NCBI GenBank assembly: GCA_934179675.1
Contig: CAKPQS010000003.1
Location: 1 to 59,089 of the forward strand
Direction of reading: 5' to 3'
From: an uncultured Bacilli bacterium
GTDB lineage: Bacteria > Bacillota_I > Bacilli_A > RF39 > UBA660
Length of the DNA stretch: 59,089 nt
Below are positions 28,689 through 39,023 of this stretch, piece by piece. A program made the position numbers and the translations under genes. How positions within the stretch are numbered: position 1 is the first letter of the stretch; every line of letters starts with the position of its first letter. The notes beneath the pieces were generated by a model. The model did no database searches. It was not told the origin of the DNA and saw only the letters and a program-made list of their open reading frames with translations.

Positions 28689-29326
28689 CTTATTACATAT
28701 AAAAATATACTAAAAAAATGAAATATACTTCCTGCTAATACTAGCAAATGAAATAAACAATGCATATATTTTACTTTCTTACCAATACTATAAAAAACTG
28801 CACCAATAGTATATAAAATTCCACCTAATAATAGAAATAATGTTCCTTTATATCCTATTGCAGTATAAATATCTTTAAAGGAAAAAATTACAATCCATCC
28901 CATTAAAATATAAGAAATTAATGATATATTTTTAAATTTTTCTAAATTGACAGAATTTAAAACAATACCAATTATAGTAAGTACCAATAATATTCCCCAT
29001 AATACCCATCCTTTTATTCCACCTAACGCAACTAATAAGTATGGCATATATGTACCAAAAATAAGTAAATAAATACTATCATGATCTAAAACCCTAAATA
29101 CTTTTTTAACACCTAATATAGGAGAAAAACTATGATATAAACAAGATGTTGTATATAAAATTATAAGAAAGCATCCATATATAGAAGAAGATACAATTGA
29201 AATAGGTTTATTTGAAAAAACAACAGACAATACTAATGCAGCAATTCCAAGTAATGCCCCAATTCCATGAGAAATAGAATTTATTAATTCTTCACTTAAA
29301 CTATAATTTGTCTTATTCATTTCCAT
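28685..29326 (-). CDS. Hemolysin III / PAQR family membrane protein
   Basis: 213 aa with 7 TM helices. EELINSISHGIG, SCLYHS, LDHDSIYLLIFGTYMPY and HLLVLAGSIFHF are present. Confidence 0.85.
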   Translation of the reverse strand: MEMNKTNYSLSEELINSISHGIGALLGIAALVLSVVFSNKPISIVSSSIYGCFLIILYTTSCLYHSFSPILGVKKVFRVLDHDSIYLLIFGTYMPYLLVALGGIKGWVLWGILLVLTIIGIVLNSVNLEKFKNISLISYILMGWIVIFSFKDIYTAIGYKGTLFLLLGGILYTIGAVFYSIGKKVKYMHCLFHLLVLAGSIFHFFSIFLYVIR

Positions 29327-29328
29327 TG

Positions 29329-29808
29329 TTATGAAGTAATTTGTTTGCCAACAATATTCATTGAAAAAGAAACATTAGTATTAGTTAATAAACCATTATC
29401 ATATTCCCATTTCCAATAAATTGTTACACTTTTTGCTGCACTTTTTGCTGTTAAAGTAAGCGCAAGTGGATTATCATTAGTAATTGCATTTGTTTTACCA
29501 GAATCGCTATATAATTTTAAACCAGAAAGTGAATCAGTAAGATTTGGAGTTATAGTACATTCAACATCAGTTGTTGCACTAGATGGATCTAAACTAATAA
29601 CAAATGATCCTTCTGTTCCTGGTTCAATATCACCTAACGTCTTTGTAAATGATTCCAAATTATTTTCTGCTTTAAATGACCAATTAATTACCTGTCCACT
29701 AACTTTATAACCATCACTACTATTAAAGTAAGCAAATGTACCAGTTAATAGTAAAATAACACCCACTACTGAACAACATATTATTACAATTTTTGTTTTG
29801 CTATTCAT
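29329..29808 (-). CDS. Small secreted protein with a TasA/SipW-class-like signal peptide, hypothetical
   Basis: 159 aa. The N-terminus ...VILLLTGTFAYFNSS resembles the GGT(W/F/Y)A(Y/F)F(T/N)D end of SipW-cognate signal peptides. The mature part is homologous by eye to the N-terminal domain of the BspA-like protein at 39024..41090. Confidence 0.5.
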   Translation of the reverse strand: MNSKTKIVIICCSVVGVILLLTGTFAYFNSSDGYKVSGQVINWSFKAENNLESFTKTLGDIEPGTEGSFVISLDPSSATTDVECTITPNLTDSLSGLKLYSDSGKTNAITNDNPLALTLTAKSAAKSVTIYWKWEYDNGLLTNTNVSFSMNIVGKQITS

Positions 29809-29871
29809 GATAAACCTCCATATCTTAACACATATACATTTTACTATATTATCATTCTTTTTTCAATAACT

Positions 29872-29900
29872 TTTAAAAAAAAAAGGAAGTTTCCTTCCTT
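29872..29900 (-). terminator. Intrinsic terminator of the str operon (after tuf)
   Basis: The minus strand reads AAGGAAG-gaaa-CTTCCTT followed by an 11-nt T-run. Confidence 0.8.
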
Positions 29901-29917
29901 TTATTGTAAAATTAACA

Positions 29918-31102
29918 TTATTTAATAATTTCTGATACGTTACCAGCACCAACAGTTCTTCCACCTTCACGGATAGAGAATTTAGTACCATTTTCAATAG
30001 CAATTGGTGCGATTAATTCTACTGTGAATTCTACGTTATCACCAGGCATAACCATTTCAGTACCTTGTGGTAATTCAATTACACCAGTAACGTCTGTAGT
30101 TCTGAAATAGAATTGTGGACGATAGTTTGTGAAGAATGGAGTATGACGTCCGCCTTCTTCTTTTGATAGAACGTATACAGTAGCTTTGAATTTAGTATGT
30201 GGAGTAACTGAACCTGGTTTAGCAAGTACTTGTCCTCTTTCAACTTCTTCACGAGAAATACCACGTAATAGAACACCAGCATTATCTCCTGCTTCTGCAT
30301 AGTCTAGTTGTTTACGGAACATTTCAATTCCTGTAACAACTGTTTTCTTAGTATCTTTGATACCAACGATTTCAACTTCGTCATTTAATTTTAATTGACC
30401 TCTTTCAACACGGCCAGTAACAACTGTACCACGACCAGTAATTGTAAATACGTCTTCAATTGGCATTAAGAATGGTTTATCATTATCACGAACTGGAGTT
30501 TCAATCCATGAATCAACAGCATCCATTAATTCATCAATCTTTTTGCCCCATTCTTCATCACCTTCAAGTGCTTTTAGAGCAGATCCACGAATTATTGGAG
30601 TGTTATCTCCATCGTATCCATATTCAGTTAATAATTCACGAATTTCCATTTCTACTAAATCTAATAATTCAGCATCATCAACCATATCGCATTTGTTCAT
30701 GAATACAACCATACGAGGTACACCAACTTGACGAGCAAGTAAGATGTGTTCACGAGTTTGAGCCATAGGTCCATCTGTTGCAGCAATAACTAGAATAGCG
30801 CCATCCATTTGAGCAGCACCTGTGATCATGTTTTTAACATAGTCAGCGTGTCCTGGGCAATCAACGTGAGCATAGTGACGATTTGCAGTACTATATTCAA
30901 TGTGTGCAGTATTAATAGTAATACCACGTTCCCTTTCTTCTGGTGCTTTATCGATATTAGCAAAATCTACTTTTTCGTTACCATATTTTCCAGCTAAACG
31001 TGCAGAAATAGCAGCTGTTAAAGTAGTTTTACCATGGTCTACGTGTCCAATTGTACCAATGTTAACATGTGGTTTTGAACGATCAAATTTTTGTTTTGCC
31101 AT
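29918..31102 (-). CDS. tuf: Elongation factor Tu
   Basis: 394 aa. [18 protein letters not shown] and NKCDMVDD are present, with near-full collinearity to Bacillus EF-Tu. Confidence 0.98.
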   Translation of the reverse strand: MAKQKFDRSKPHVNIGTIGHVDHGKTTLTAAISARLAGKYGNEKVDFANIDKAPEERERGITINTAHIEYSTANRHYAHVDCPGHADYVKNMITGAAQMDGAILVIAATDGPMAQTREHILLARQVGVPRMVVFMNKCDMVDDAELLDLVEMEIRELLTEYGYDGDNTPIIRGSALKALEGDEEWGKKIDELMDAVDSWIETPVRDNDKPFLMPIEDVFTITGRGTVVTGRVERGQLKLNDEVEIVGIKDTKKTVVTGIEMFRKQLDYAEAGDNAGVLLRGISREEVERGQVLAKPGSVTPHTKFKATVYVLSKEEGGRHTPFFTNYRPQFYFRTTDVTGVIELPQGTEMVMPGDNVEFTVELIAPIAIENGTKFSIREGGRTVGAGNVSEIIK

Positions 31103-31173
31103 AATATTTTTCCTCCTTTTAAATATACAATATTATTTTATATTAATAAGCATAAAATAGCAACCCTTTTTAA

Positions 31174-33246
31174 TTAATTTCCACTATTTTTCTTAATAAT
31201 ATCTTCAGCAATATTTCTTGGAACTTCTTCATAATGGTCAAATACCATTGAGAAATTTCCTCTACCTTGAGTGTTAGATCTTAAGCTTGTAGCATATCCA
31301 AACATTTCTGAAAGTGGTACCATTGCATCAATAGCAAGAGCATTACCTCTTGATTCTTGACCAAGTGGTCTTCCACGACGACTTGTAATATCACCCATTA
31401 CATTTCCTAGATATTCATCTGGTACAACAACTTGTACTTTCATGATTGGTTCTAGAATAACTGGTTTACATTTGTTTTTAATTTCTTTTACAGCTAAACT
31501 AGCAGCAACTTTAAATGCAGCTTCGCTAGAGTCAACTTCATGGTATGATCCATCAAATAATGTTGCCTTAACATCAACCATTGGATAACCTGCTAAAACG
31601 CCGCCTTTTAATGCTTCTTGTAAGCCTTTATCAGTAACTGGTATGTATTCACGAGGAACTACACCACCTACTACTGCATCAACAAATTCGTAACCTTTGT
31701 CTGGATTTGGTTCAAAACGAACCCAAACATGTCCATATTGTCCACGTCCACCAGATTGTTTAATGTATTTACCTTCACATTCACCAACTTGAGTGATTGT
31801 TTCACGGTAAGATACTTGTGGTTTACCAATATTTGCTTCAACATTAAATTCTCGTCTCATACGATCAACAATTATATCAAGGTGAAGTTCACCCATACCT
31901 GCAATAATTGTTTGTCCAGTTTCAACATCAGTTCTTGCTCTAAATGTTGGATCTTCTTCAGCTAATTTTTGTAAAGCTAATCCCATTTTATCTTGATCTG
32001 CTTTTGATTTTGGCTCAACAGCAAGTTCAATAACTGGTTCTGGGAAATTCATTGATTCAAGAATTACTGGATTCTTTTCATCGCATAATGTATTACCAGT
32101 AGTTGTATTTTTTAATCCAACTGCGGCAACAATATCACCTGCATATACATCAGATATTTCAGTTCTATTGTTAGCATGCATTTGAAGTAAACGGCCAACT
32201 CTTTCTTTTACACCTTTTGATGAATTTAAAATATATGATCCAGCAGATAAATGACCACTATATACTCTAAAGAATGTTAATTTACCTACGAATGGATCTG
32301 TCATAATTTTGAATGCTAATGCTTTAAATGGAGCATTATCATCTGCATGAACGATAATTTCATTACCATCCATATCAGTTCCTCTCATAGCTTCAACATC
32401 TGTTGGAGCTGGTAAATAATCTATTACTGCATCTAGCAATAATTTAATTCCCATATTACCTAGTGCAGTACCACATAATACTGGGAAGAAATCAACTTCT
32501 AGAGTACCTTTTCTGATAGCTCTTTTTATTAATTCAACTGGAGCATCTCCTGTTTCAAGGTATGTTTCCATTAATTCATCATCATATACAGAAACTGCTT
32601 CTATTAATTCATTTCTCTTAATTTGAGCTATATCTTTTAAATCTTCTGGTATTTCTATTTCTTTAGCATCTTCTGCTTGCTGTCCATCATAATGGTAAGC
32701 TTTCATTGTTACTAAATCTATAACACCATTGAATTCATTTTCAGCACCGATTGGCCATTCTATTGGAGCATAATTAACTCCTAAACGTTCTTTTATTGAG
32801 TTTAAACTGTAATTAAAGTCAGCACCCATTTTATCCATTTTATTAGCGAATATCATGCGAGGTACTTTAAATTCAGTTGCTTGACGCCAAACTGTTTCAG
32901 TTTGTGGTTCAACACCAGCTTGGGCATCCAAAAGTGCAACAGCACCATCAAGTACACGAAGGCTTCTTTCAACTTCTACTGTAAAATCTACGTGTCCTGG
33001 GGTATCGATTATATTAAAGCGATATCCTTTCCAGAAGGCAGTTGTGGCAGCAGATGTAATTGTAATTCCACGTTCTTGTTCTTGTTCCATCCAGTCCATT
33101 TGTGAAGCACCATCATGAGTTTCACCAATTTTATGGATTTTTTTTGTATGGAATAATATTCTTTCTGTACAAGTAGTTTTACCTGCATCTATGTGAGCCA
33201 TTATTCCGATATTTCTAGTTTTTTCCAAACTATACTCACGAGCCAT
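31174..33246 (-). CDS. fusA: Elongation factor G
   Basis: 690 aa. [17 protein letters not shown] and NKMDK are present, with domains I-V recognisable. Confidence 0.98.
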   Translation of the reverse strand: MAREYSLEKTRNIGIMAHIDAGKTTCTERILFHTKKIHKIGETHDGASQMDWMEQEQERGITITSAATTAFWKGYRFNIIDTPGHVDFTVEVERSLRVLDGAVALLDAQAGVEPQTETVWRQATEFKVPRMIFANKMDKMGADFNYSLNSIKERLGVNYAPIEWPIGAENEFNGVIDLVTMKAYHYDGQQAEDAKEIEIPEDLKDIAQIKRNELIEAVSVYDDELMETYLETGDAPVELIKRAIRKGTLEVDFFPVLCGTALGNMGIKLLLDAVIDYLPAPTDVEAMRGTDMDGNEIIVHADDNAPFKALAFKIMTDPFVGKLTFFRVYSGHLSAGSYILNSSKGVKERVGRLLQMHANNRTEISDVYAGDIVAAVGLKNTTTGNTLCDEKNPVILESMNFPEPVIELAVEPKSKADQDKMGLALQKLAEEDPTFRARTDVETGQTIIAGMGELHLDIIVDRMRREFNVEANIGKPQVSYRETITQVGECEGKYIKQSGGRGQYGHVWVRFEPNPDKGYEFVDAVVGGVVPREYIPVTDKGLQEALKGGVLAGYPMVDVKATLFDGSYHEVDSSEAAFKVAASLAVKEIKNKCKPVILEPIMKVQVVVPDEYLGNVMGDITSRRGRPLGQESRGNALAIDAMVPLSEMFGYATSLRSNTQGRGNFSMVFDHYEEVPRNIAEDIIKKNSGN

Positions 33247-33264
33247 AATTTATCCTCCTATATT

Positions 33265-33732
33265 TTACCAACGGTAATGAGCGAATGCTTTGTTTGCTTC
33301 GGCCATACGATGCATATCTTCACGCTTTTTAACAGCAGCTCCAACTCCGTTTGATGCATCGATTATTTCATTTGCTAAATTTTCAGCCATTGTATGACCA
33401 TTTCTTAATCTAGCATAATTTACTAACCATCTTAATCCTAAAGCTTGACTTCTATCAGCTTTAACTTCTACTGGTACTTGATAATTAGCCCCACCTACTC
33501 TTCTTGATTTTACTTCAAGTGCAGGTTTAATGTTTGCTAATGCTTTTTCAAATACTTCCATTGGTTCTTTATTAGTTTTTTCTTTTACCATTTCGAAGGC
33601 ATCATAAAGTATTGTTTGAGCAACACCTTTTTTACCATCTATCATGATAGTATTAATTAATTTTGTAACCAATTTAGAATTATATATAGGATCAGCTAAA
33701 ACGTCTCTTTTAACAGCACGTCTTTTTCTCAT
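33265..33732 (-). CDS. rpsG: 30S ribosomal protein S7
   Basis: 155 aa. [14 protein letters not shown] and [18 protein letters not shown] are present. Confidence 0.97.
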   Translation of the reverse strand: MRKRRAVKRDVLADPIYNSKLVTKLINTIMIDGKKGVAQTILYDAFEMVKEKTNKEPMEVFEKALANIKPALEVKSRRVGGANYQVPVEVKADRSQALGLRWLVNYARLRNGHTMAENLANEIIDASNGVGAAVKKREDMHRMAEANKAFAHYRW

Positions 33733-33743
33733 ACTTTACCTCC

Positions 33744-34163
33744 TTATTTTTTTGCTTTTGGTTTTTTAGCGCCGTATTTACTACGACCTTGCATTCTTTT
33801 TTCAACTCCGGCAGTATCCATTGTTCCACGAATAATGTGATATCTAACACCGATTAAGTCTTTAACACGTCCGCCTCTTATTAGTACAACACTGTGTTCT
33901 TGTAAGTTATGTCCTTCTCCAGGTATGTAAGCTGTTACTTCCATTGCATTACTTAATCTAACACGAGCATATTTACGAAGTGCAGAGTTTGGTTTTTTGG
34001 GTGTAAGTGTTCCTACACGAGTACATACTCCACGTTTTTGTGGTGAATCTAACTTAGTTTGTTTTTTATCTTTACTGTTGTAACCAATTCCTAAAACTGG
34101 GCATTTTCTTTTTCTTGTTTTGTCAGTACGATTTTTACGTATTAATTGATTAATTGTAGGCAT
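33744..34163 (-). CDS. rpsL: 30S ribosomal protein S12 (Ile replaces the conserved Pro of KDLPGVRY)
   Basis: The start is set at [10 protein letters not shown] (AGGAGG upstream), not the longer track [24 protein letters not shown] and [20 protein letters not shown] are present. Confidence 0.97.
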   Translation of the reverse strand: MPTINQLIRKNRTDKTRKRKCPVLGIGYNSKDKKQTKLDSPQKRGVCTRVGTLTPKKPNSALRKYARVRLSNAMEVTAYIPGEGHNLQEHSVVLIRGGRVKDLIGVRYHIIRGTMDTAGVEKRMQGRSKYGAKKPKAKK

Positions 34164-34251
34164 ATTTTCCTCCTTTCCACACATCCAGGTGTTTCATATT
34201 CTTTATTAATTTAGGGTTTATATAGAATAAACCCAATTAAAAAGCAAATAT

Positions 34252-34281
34252 AATATATCATTTTTTAGCCAATATTGTCAA
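34252..34281 (-). promoter_or_regulatory. Candidate sigma-A promoter of the str operon (TTGACA-18 nt-TATATT)
   Basis: On the minus strand, -35 lies at 34276..34281 and -10 at 34252..34257. Confidence 0.4.
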
Positions 34282-34282
34282 C

Positions 34283-34639
34283 TTATTTTATGTTTTTTTT
34301 TAATATTTTAGTATCTTTTTTATTTAAATATTTGTCTTTATTTATAATATGAAAATAATTATATTTAATAAGTCCGTATAAATCTCCTATTGTAAATAAA
34401 ATTTTTATGTTTTCATTTAATGGTTTTGTTTCAACTTTGTTATTTTCTATTTGTTCTATTGAACATATTTTTTCTTTTATATAAAATTCATTATTAATGT
34501 TATATACAACCTTTTCTTCTATAAGAATATTATTTTTTTCTTTTAATAATAATTTGATAAAATCATCAATATTCATTTTATTTAATGGTTTATATACATC
34601 TATTTTTAAAATGTCATTATTTTTAAATACATATTTCAT
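34283..34639 (-). CDS. Hypothetical protein (118 aa)
   Basis: Track ORF. No motif recognised. Confidence 0.4.
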   Translation of the reverse strand: MKYVFKNNDILKIDVYKPLNKMNIDDFIKLLLKEKNNILIEEKVVYNINNEFYIKEKICSIEQIENNKVETKPLNENIKILFTIGDLYGLIKYNYFHIINKDKYLNKKDTKILKKNIK

Positions 34640-34740
34640 AAATTTATCACCTTTTATAATTATACCTTTTTTTTAATTGATTTCAATATTCTAAATGAAT
34701 AAATATTATATAAAAGAACAAAATAATTTTAGGTGATTAT

Positions 34741-36141
34741 ATGGATCCATTATTAATTATTGATAAACTTAAAAAAGATACTAATAATAATTCATTTATT
34801 GTTATAAGAGAAAAAATAATTAAAAAAAATAAAATATATATTATTTTTAATGATAGTTTAATTTCTAATGATAAAGTAAGTGATTTTATAATTAGAAGTT
34901 TAGATAATATTAAAGATATAAATGATATAAAAAATAATTTAGATAGTTGCAAGTATAAAGAAATAAATAATTATAATGATTTTTGTACATACTTAAATAA
35001 TGGTTTTACAATTATTTTATTTAATTGTATAGGACTTGCTTTTGAAACAAAAGGCAATTTAAAAAGATCTATATCACAGCCTACTACGGAAAATGCTATA
35101 AGGGGCGCTAAAGATGCTCTTGTAGAAGATTATCAAACAAATATAGGTTTAATAAAGAAAAGAATAAAGTCTAATAGTTTATGGGTTGAAGAAGTTGAAA
35201 AAGGAAAGTATACAAATACTAAAATTGGTGTTTGTTATGTTAATGGTGTTGTTAAAGAAGAACTAGTTAAAAAAATAATGAATAAAATTAATTCAATTAA
35301 TATTGATGGTATTATTACATCAGATGATTTAAAACTTAATTTAGAAAAAGGAATAAAATCAATTTTACCTACTATTACTACAACAGAACGACCTGATAGA
35401 ATTGCTAAAGCCATTTTAAGGGGTAAAGTTGTTATTATAGTTGATAATTGTCCTTTTGCTTTAATTGTTCCAGGTTTATTTGTTGATTATTTTAAGGCTC
35501 CTGAAGATTGGTATGGAAATAGTATAAATGTTTCAATTACAAGAATGATTAAATATATTGCTTTTTTTATTTCTATTTTAACACCAGCAATTTATGTAGC
35601 ATTAATAACATATAATCAGGAAATTATACCAACTGATTTACTAATTAGTTTTTCTGTTCAAAGAGATGGTGTACCTTTTCCTGCATTTATAGAAGCTTTT
35701 ATGATGATTATTGCTTTTGAAATTATTAAGGAAAGTGAATATCGTGTTCCTAATTCAAATGGTTCTACTTTATCTATTGTTGGTGCTTTAATATTAGGTG
35801 ATGCTGCTGTTTCTGCTGGGATTGTTTCGCCAATTATGATAATTGTTATAGCTGTTACTGCTATATCATCACTTCCCTTTTCTGAACCAGAATTTACAAC
35901 GTCAATAAGAACATATCGTCTTATTTTTATGCTTGGTGGATCATTGCTTGGTATTGTTGGTATAGTAGCAATTTTTATATTTTTTATTATTAGAATAACA
36001 AGTATTGAAACATTTGATATTCCTTTTCTAACACCTATTGAACCTTTTGATAAAAATGGTTTTATGAATACGATTATAAAATTACCTAATAATAAAAGAA
36101 TGAAGGTTTTATCTAATAATAAATTTAGAGGTGAAAAATGA
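34741..36141 (+). CDS. Spore germination protein, GerA-family A subunit
   Basis: 466 aa. TENAIRGAKDALVEDYQTNIGLIKKRI, TTERPDRIAKAIL.GKVVIIVDNCPFALIVP and C-terminal TM helices are present. It ends in TGA, overlapped by the next ATG. Confidence 0.85.
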   Translation: MDPLLIIDKLKKDTNNNSFIVIREKIIKKNKIYIIFNDSLISNDKVSDFIIRSLDNIKDINDIKNNLDSCKYKEINNYNDFCTYLNNGFTIILFNCIGLAFETKGNLKRSISQPTTENAIRGAKDALVEDYQTNIGLIKKRIKSNSLWVEEVEKGKYTNTKIGVCYVNGVVKEELVKKIMNKINSINIDGIITSDDLKLNLEKGIKSILPTITTTERPDRIAKAILRGKVVIIVDNCPFALIVPGLFVDYFKAPEDWYGNSINVSITRMIKYIAFFISILTPAIYVALITYNQEIIPTDLLISFSVQRDGVPFPAFIEAFMMIIAFEIIKESEYRVPNSNGSTLSIVGALILGDAAVSAGIVSPIMIIVIAVTAISSLPFSEPEFTTSIRTYRLIFMLGGSLLGIVGIVAIFIFFIIRITSIETFDIPFLTPIEPFDKNGFMNTIIKLPNNKRMKVLSNNKFRGEK

Positions 36142-37295
36142 AAAAATTATTTATATTTTTAATGATCTTATTAATGAGTGGGTGCAATTATAGAGAACTG
36201 GATAAGATTGCAATTACTGTTGGTTGTGGGCTAGAAAAAGTAGAAGATGGTTATAAAATTACTGCTCAAATTGCTGATACACAAAAACAAGGTAATTCTA
36301 ATAGTTCGTCTTCTCCTGTTAGGTTTAAAAATTATTCTTATAGTGCTAAAACAATTCATGAGGCTGCAAGAGGAATATTAACTAAACTACCTAAAAAATC
36401 ATATACTAATCATTTACAAGTTCTGATTATTGATGAAAATATTGCTAAAAATAATATAGATGATATTATTGATTTTTGGTTTAGAGAGATTGAAATTCGA
36501 AATGATTTTTATGTTTTTGTTAGTAAAGATTCATCACCTACTGATGTTTTAGCAGTATTAACGCAAATATATCCTATCAATTCAGTTGGTATTAGAAATT
36601 TAATTGAAAATAATTTTAAATATTTAGGTGGTACTGTACTTACTACTTTTGATGATTTATCAGAGTCGTATATTAGTAAAACGAAAGAAATTATACTACC
36701 TTCTATTAGTGTTTTAGGTAAAGATGGTGATAAAAAGGATAATTTAGAATCTTCTATTCCTGAATCGCTTATTTCTTTAGATTATACTGCTTATTTTAAG
36801 GATAATAAATTTATTGGTTATTTAGATAAAAATAATACTATTATTTATAATTTAATTATTGATAAATTAAAAACTACTATTATCGGTTATGAATGTATGG
36901 AAAATAAATATATAACTTATGAGATAATTAATAGTAAATCAAGTATTAATGTTAATAAAAATAAACCTATTATTGATATTAATATTAAAGCTAAAGGTAA
37001 TTTAACTTCTATTATGTGTGATTATGATATATCGAATGATGATGGTATTAAAAGGATAGAAAATGAGGCTAGTTTAGATTTAAAAGAAAAAATAATTAAT
37101 TTATTTGAATTTTCTAAAGAAAATAATACTGATATATTTTCTTTTACTGATTATTTTTATAAGTTTAATAATAAATATTATAAGAAAATAGCAAATAATG
37201 ATTTTTATAAAGATTTAATTATTAATGTAAATGTTAATTTAGATATTTTTGAGAAAGGTAATAGTTTAAAGGTAATTGAAAATGAAAAAAATTAG
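36138..37295 (+). CDS. Spore germination lipoprotein, Ger(x)C family
   Basis: 385 aa with lipobox LLMSGC followed by NYRELDKIAI, the typical N-terminus of GerAC-type proteins. Confidence 0.8.
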   Translation: MKKLFIFLMILLMSGCNYRELDKIAITVGCGLEKVEDGYKITAQIADTQKQGNSNSSSSPVRFKNYSYSAKTIHEAARGILTKLPKKSYTNHLQVLIIDENIAKNNIDDIIDFWFREIEIRNDFYVFVSKDSSPTDVLAVLTQIYPINSVGIRNLIENNFKYLGGTVLTTFDDLSESYISKTKEIILPSISVLGKDGDKKDNLESSIPESLISLDYTAYFKDNKFIGYLDKNNTIIYNLIIDKLKTTIIGYECMENKYITYEIINSKSSINVNKNKPIIDINIKAKGNLTSIMCDYDISNDDGIKRIENEASLDLKEKIINLFEFSKENNTDIFSFTDYFYKFNNKYYKKIANNDFYKDLIINVNVNLDIFEKGNSLKVIENEKN

Positions 37296-38325
37296 CAATT
37301 TTAATTTGATTAGTTTGATGATTATTGTTTTATTTACGACTGTATATGGGGAAGGAATATATGTTATTATAAAAGAATCTGGTATTGATGCTTATATTGG
37401 TGTTTTATTTAGTATTATTATTTCCATTCCTTTTCTTTTAATTTTTAATTTTTTATTTAATTATGAACCTTCTTTAAATATCTTTGAAAAAAATAAAAAG
37501 TTATTTAAATATTCTTTTATTCCTAATTTAATTTTTGTTTTATTTTCTATTCTTATTTCATGTATCCAATTTTTTAATTTAACAAATTTTCTAGTATCGC
37601 AATTTCTTTCTGAAACAAATCCTTTTATTATTGGTTTTATATTTTCTGTTTTAATAATTTATTTATGTTCAAAGGATTTATCATCTTTATTTAAAACATC
37701 TACTATATTTTTAATTATAAATTTTAATTTATTTTTTATTTCTATTTTAGGTTTATTTAATGAATTTTCATTTAAAAATTTATTTCCTATTTTAGAAAAT
37801 GGTATATATCCTCCTTTTATTTCTGCGATTAAAATATTTTTTATTAATATATGTCCTTTATTTTTAGTTTTATTTGTTCCTAAAGATAAGATAATTAATT
37901 ATAATAAAAATAATACTTTTATTTCTTATTTTGTTTATGTTATTTTATCTTTATTAATGTTAATTTTTACTATTGGTGTTCTTGGTGGTGATCTTGTTAA
38001 ATTATATCAGTATCCTGAATATATTGTTTTAAGAAGAATTAATTTTTTGAATTTTTTAACAAGGATTGAAAATATATTATTTATTCAATGGATTTTTGGG
38101 TTATTTATTCTTATGTCTTTTAGTGCTTTTATTGTTAAAGAAAAGTTAAAATTTAAATATAGTAATATTATTATTGGTTTATTAATTTTAATTTTATCTT
38201 TAAATTGTTTTAAATCTTTAACGATATTTAATGAATTTATGTATTATATTTATCCTTTTATTTCATTTATTTTTGTTATTTATATTATTATATTGTTTAT
38301 TAAGTGCAAAATTAAAACTAGCTAA
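37276..38325 (+). CDS. Spore germination permease, GerA-family B subunit (APC-like, about 10 TM helices)
   Basis: 349 aa and polytopic. It overlaps the C-subunit gene by 20 nt. The call rests on architecture and operon context. Confidence 0.7.
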   Translation: MKMKKISNFNLISLMIIVLFTTVYGEGIYVIIKESGIDAYIGVLFSIIISIPFLLIFNFLFNYEPSLNIFEKNKKLFKYSFIPNLIFVLFSILISCIQFFNLTNFLVSQFLSETNPFIIGFIFSVLIIYLCSKDLSSLFKTSTIFLIINFNLFFISILGLFNEFSFKNLFPILENGIYPPFISAIKIFFINICPLFLVLFVPKDKIINYNKNNTFISYFVYVILSLLMLIFTIGVLGGDLVKLYQYPEYIVLRRINFLNFLTRIENILFIQWIFGLFILMSFSAFIVKEKLKFKYSNIIIGLLILILSLNCFKSLTIFNEFMYYIYPFISFIFVIYIIILFIKCKIKTS

Positions 38326-38336
38326 TGTGATGATGT

Positions 38337-38369
38337 GAACCTCGTTTCTTGGACATAGAAACGAGGTTC
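38337..38369 (+). terminator. Perfect 13-bp hairpin after the ger operon (no clear U-tract)
   Basis: GAACCTCGTTTCT-tggacat-AGAAACGAGGTTC. Confidence 0.5.
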
Positions 38370-38500
38370 ATATCAAATGTCAGTATAGTTAGTTTTTTGA
38401 AAATGTCAGTAAATGATATAATATCTTTCCAAAAGATGAAAAGAAATAAATTTATCCAAAACTCATTAAACATATAATAATCCATTTTTAATGTAATGAT

Positions 38501-38553
38501 AAAAAAACAAGTCAAGGGTGAATTTTAATAAATTCATCTTAGTACTTGACTTG
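38501..38553 (-). terminator. Intrinsic terminator closing the BspA-like operon
   Basis: The minus strand reads CAAGTCAAG...(inner stem TGAATTT/AAATTCA)...CTTGACTTG followed by TTTTTTT. Confidence 0.7.
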
Positions 38554-38675
38554 ATAATTAGATGTATAATATTTTTATCAATTAATTTTACTTTTATTGA
38601 TTATATATATTAATACTACTGATATTTTTTAAAAAAATTAGAATTATTTAATAAAAGATTGTTTATTTATTTTTA

Positions 38676-38942
38676 TTAATAATTAGGTATTACTATAGCT
38701 TTTAGACCAAAATAACTGTTACCACTACTATCACTTGTAAATGTTATTTTAATATAATTAGAGTTTATTGTAATTATTTCCTTTGTTCTAGTCTCTCCAC
38801 CATATTTTTTATTATTGTTTATACCTGTTGTTGATGTGCCAGAGTCATATATTATGAAATAGTCAACCCATGTCCCATGTGTTTCATAGTCTAGGATGAC
38901 TGTTAAACTTTTTGCTCCATCAAATGTATGTTCCCTTTTCAT
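38676..38942 (-). CDS. Small protein with a CUB-like sequence pattern, hypothetical (88 aa, no signal peptide)
   Basis: LTVILDYETHG..VDYFIIYDSG......KKYGGE.RTKEIITINSNYIKITFTSDSSGNSYFGLKAIV resembles the CUB consensus (..DY..IYDG....fcG....i.s.sn.l.i.F.SD.s....GF.a.y), but without the Cys pairs. The RBS is weak (GAAAGG 12 nt upstream). Confidence 0.35.
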   Translation of the reverse strand: MKREHTFDGAKSLTVILDYETHGTWVDYFIIYDSGTSTTGINNNKKYGGETRTKEIITINSNYIKITFTSDSSGNSYFGLKAIVIPNY

Positions 38943-39023
38943 GTTATCAACAAACCTTTCATTATTACCTTTATTTATATTTTAATTTTACTATTGATTT
39001 ATTATTTATACAATAATTTATAT

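Noticed and set aside
30079-33105. Six ORFs of 62-86 aa inside or antisense to tuf and fusA: 30079..30300, 30460..30702, 30543..30731, 30809..30997, 30900..31160, 31729..31965 and 32881..33105.
   Set aside because: These are shadow frames of highly expressed, conserved genes with no independent signals.
36139-36141. A possible Mollicutes-type genetic code (TGA = Trp), suggested by the very low G+C and the Mycoplasma-like DUF285 protein.
   Set aside because: TGA terminates the gerA-family A-subunit gene exactly where the next gene starts (ATGA overlap). Conserved Trp positions, for example in EF-G and PBP1A, use TGG. All conserved genes are full length under the standard code.
38318-38515. 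A 65-aa minus-strand ORF in the ger/BspA intergenic region, together with a direct repeat AAATGTCAGTA x2 (about 38375..38409), a TATAAT-like box, and a 13-codon plus-strand ORF.
   Set aside because: The region is largely explained by two convergent terminators (38337..38369 and 38501..38553). The ORF spans both hairpins and has no RBS. The promoter-like spacing is poor (14 nt). A small RNA cannot be excluded, but I have no positive evidence for one.
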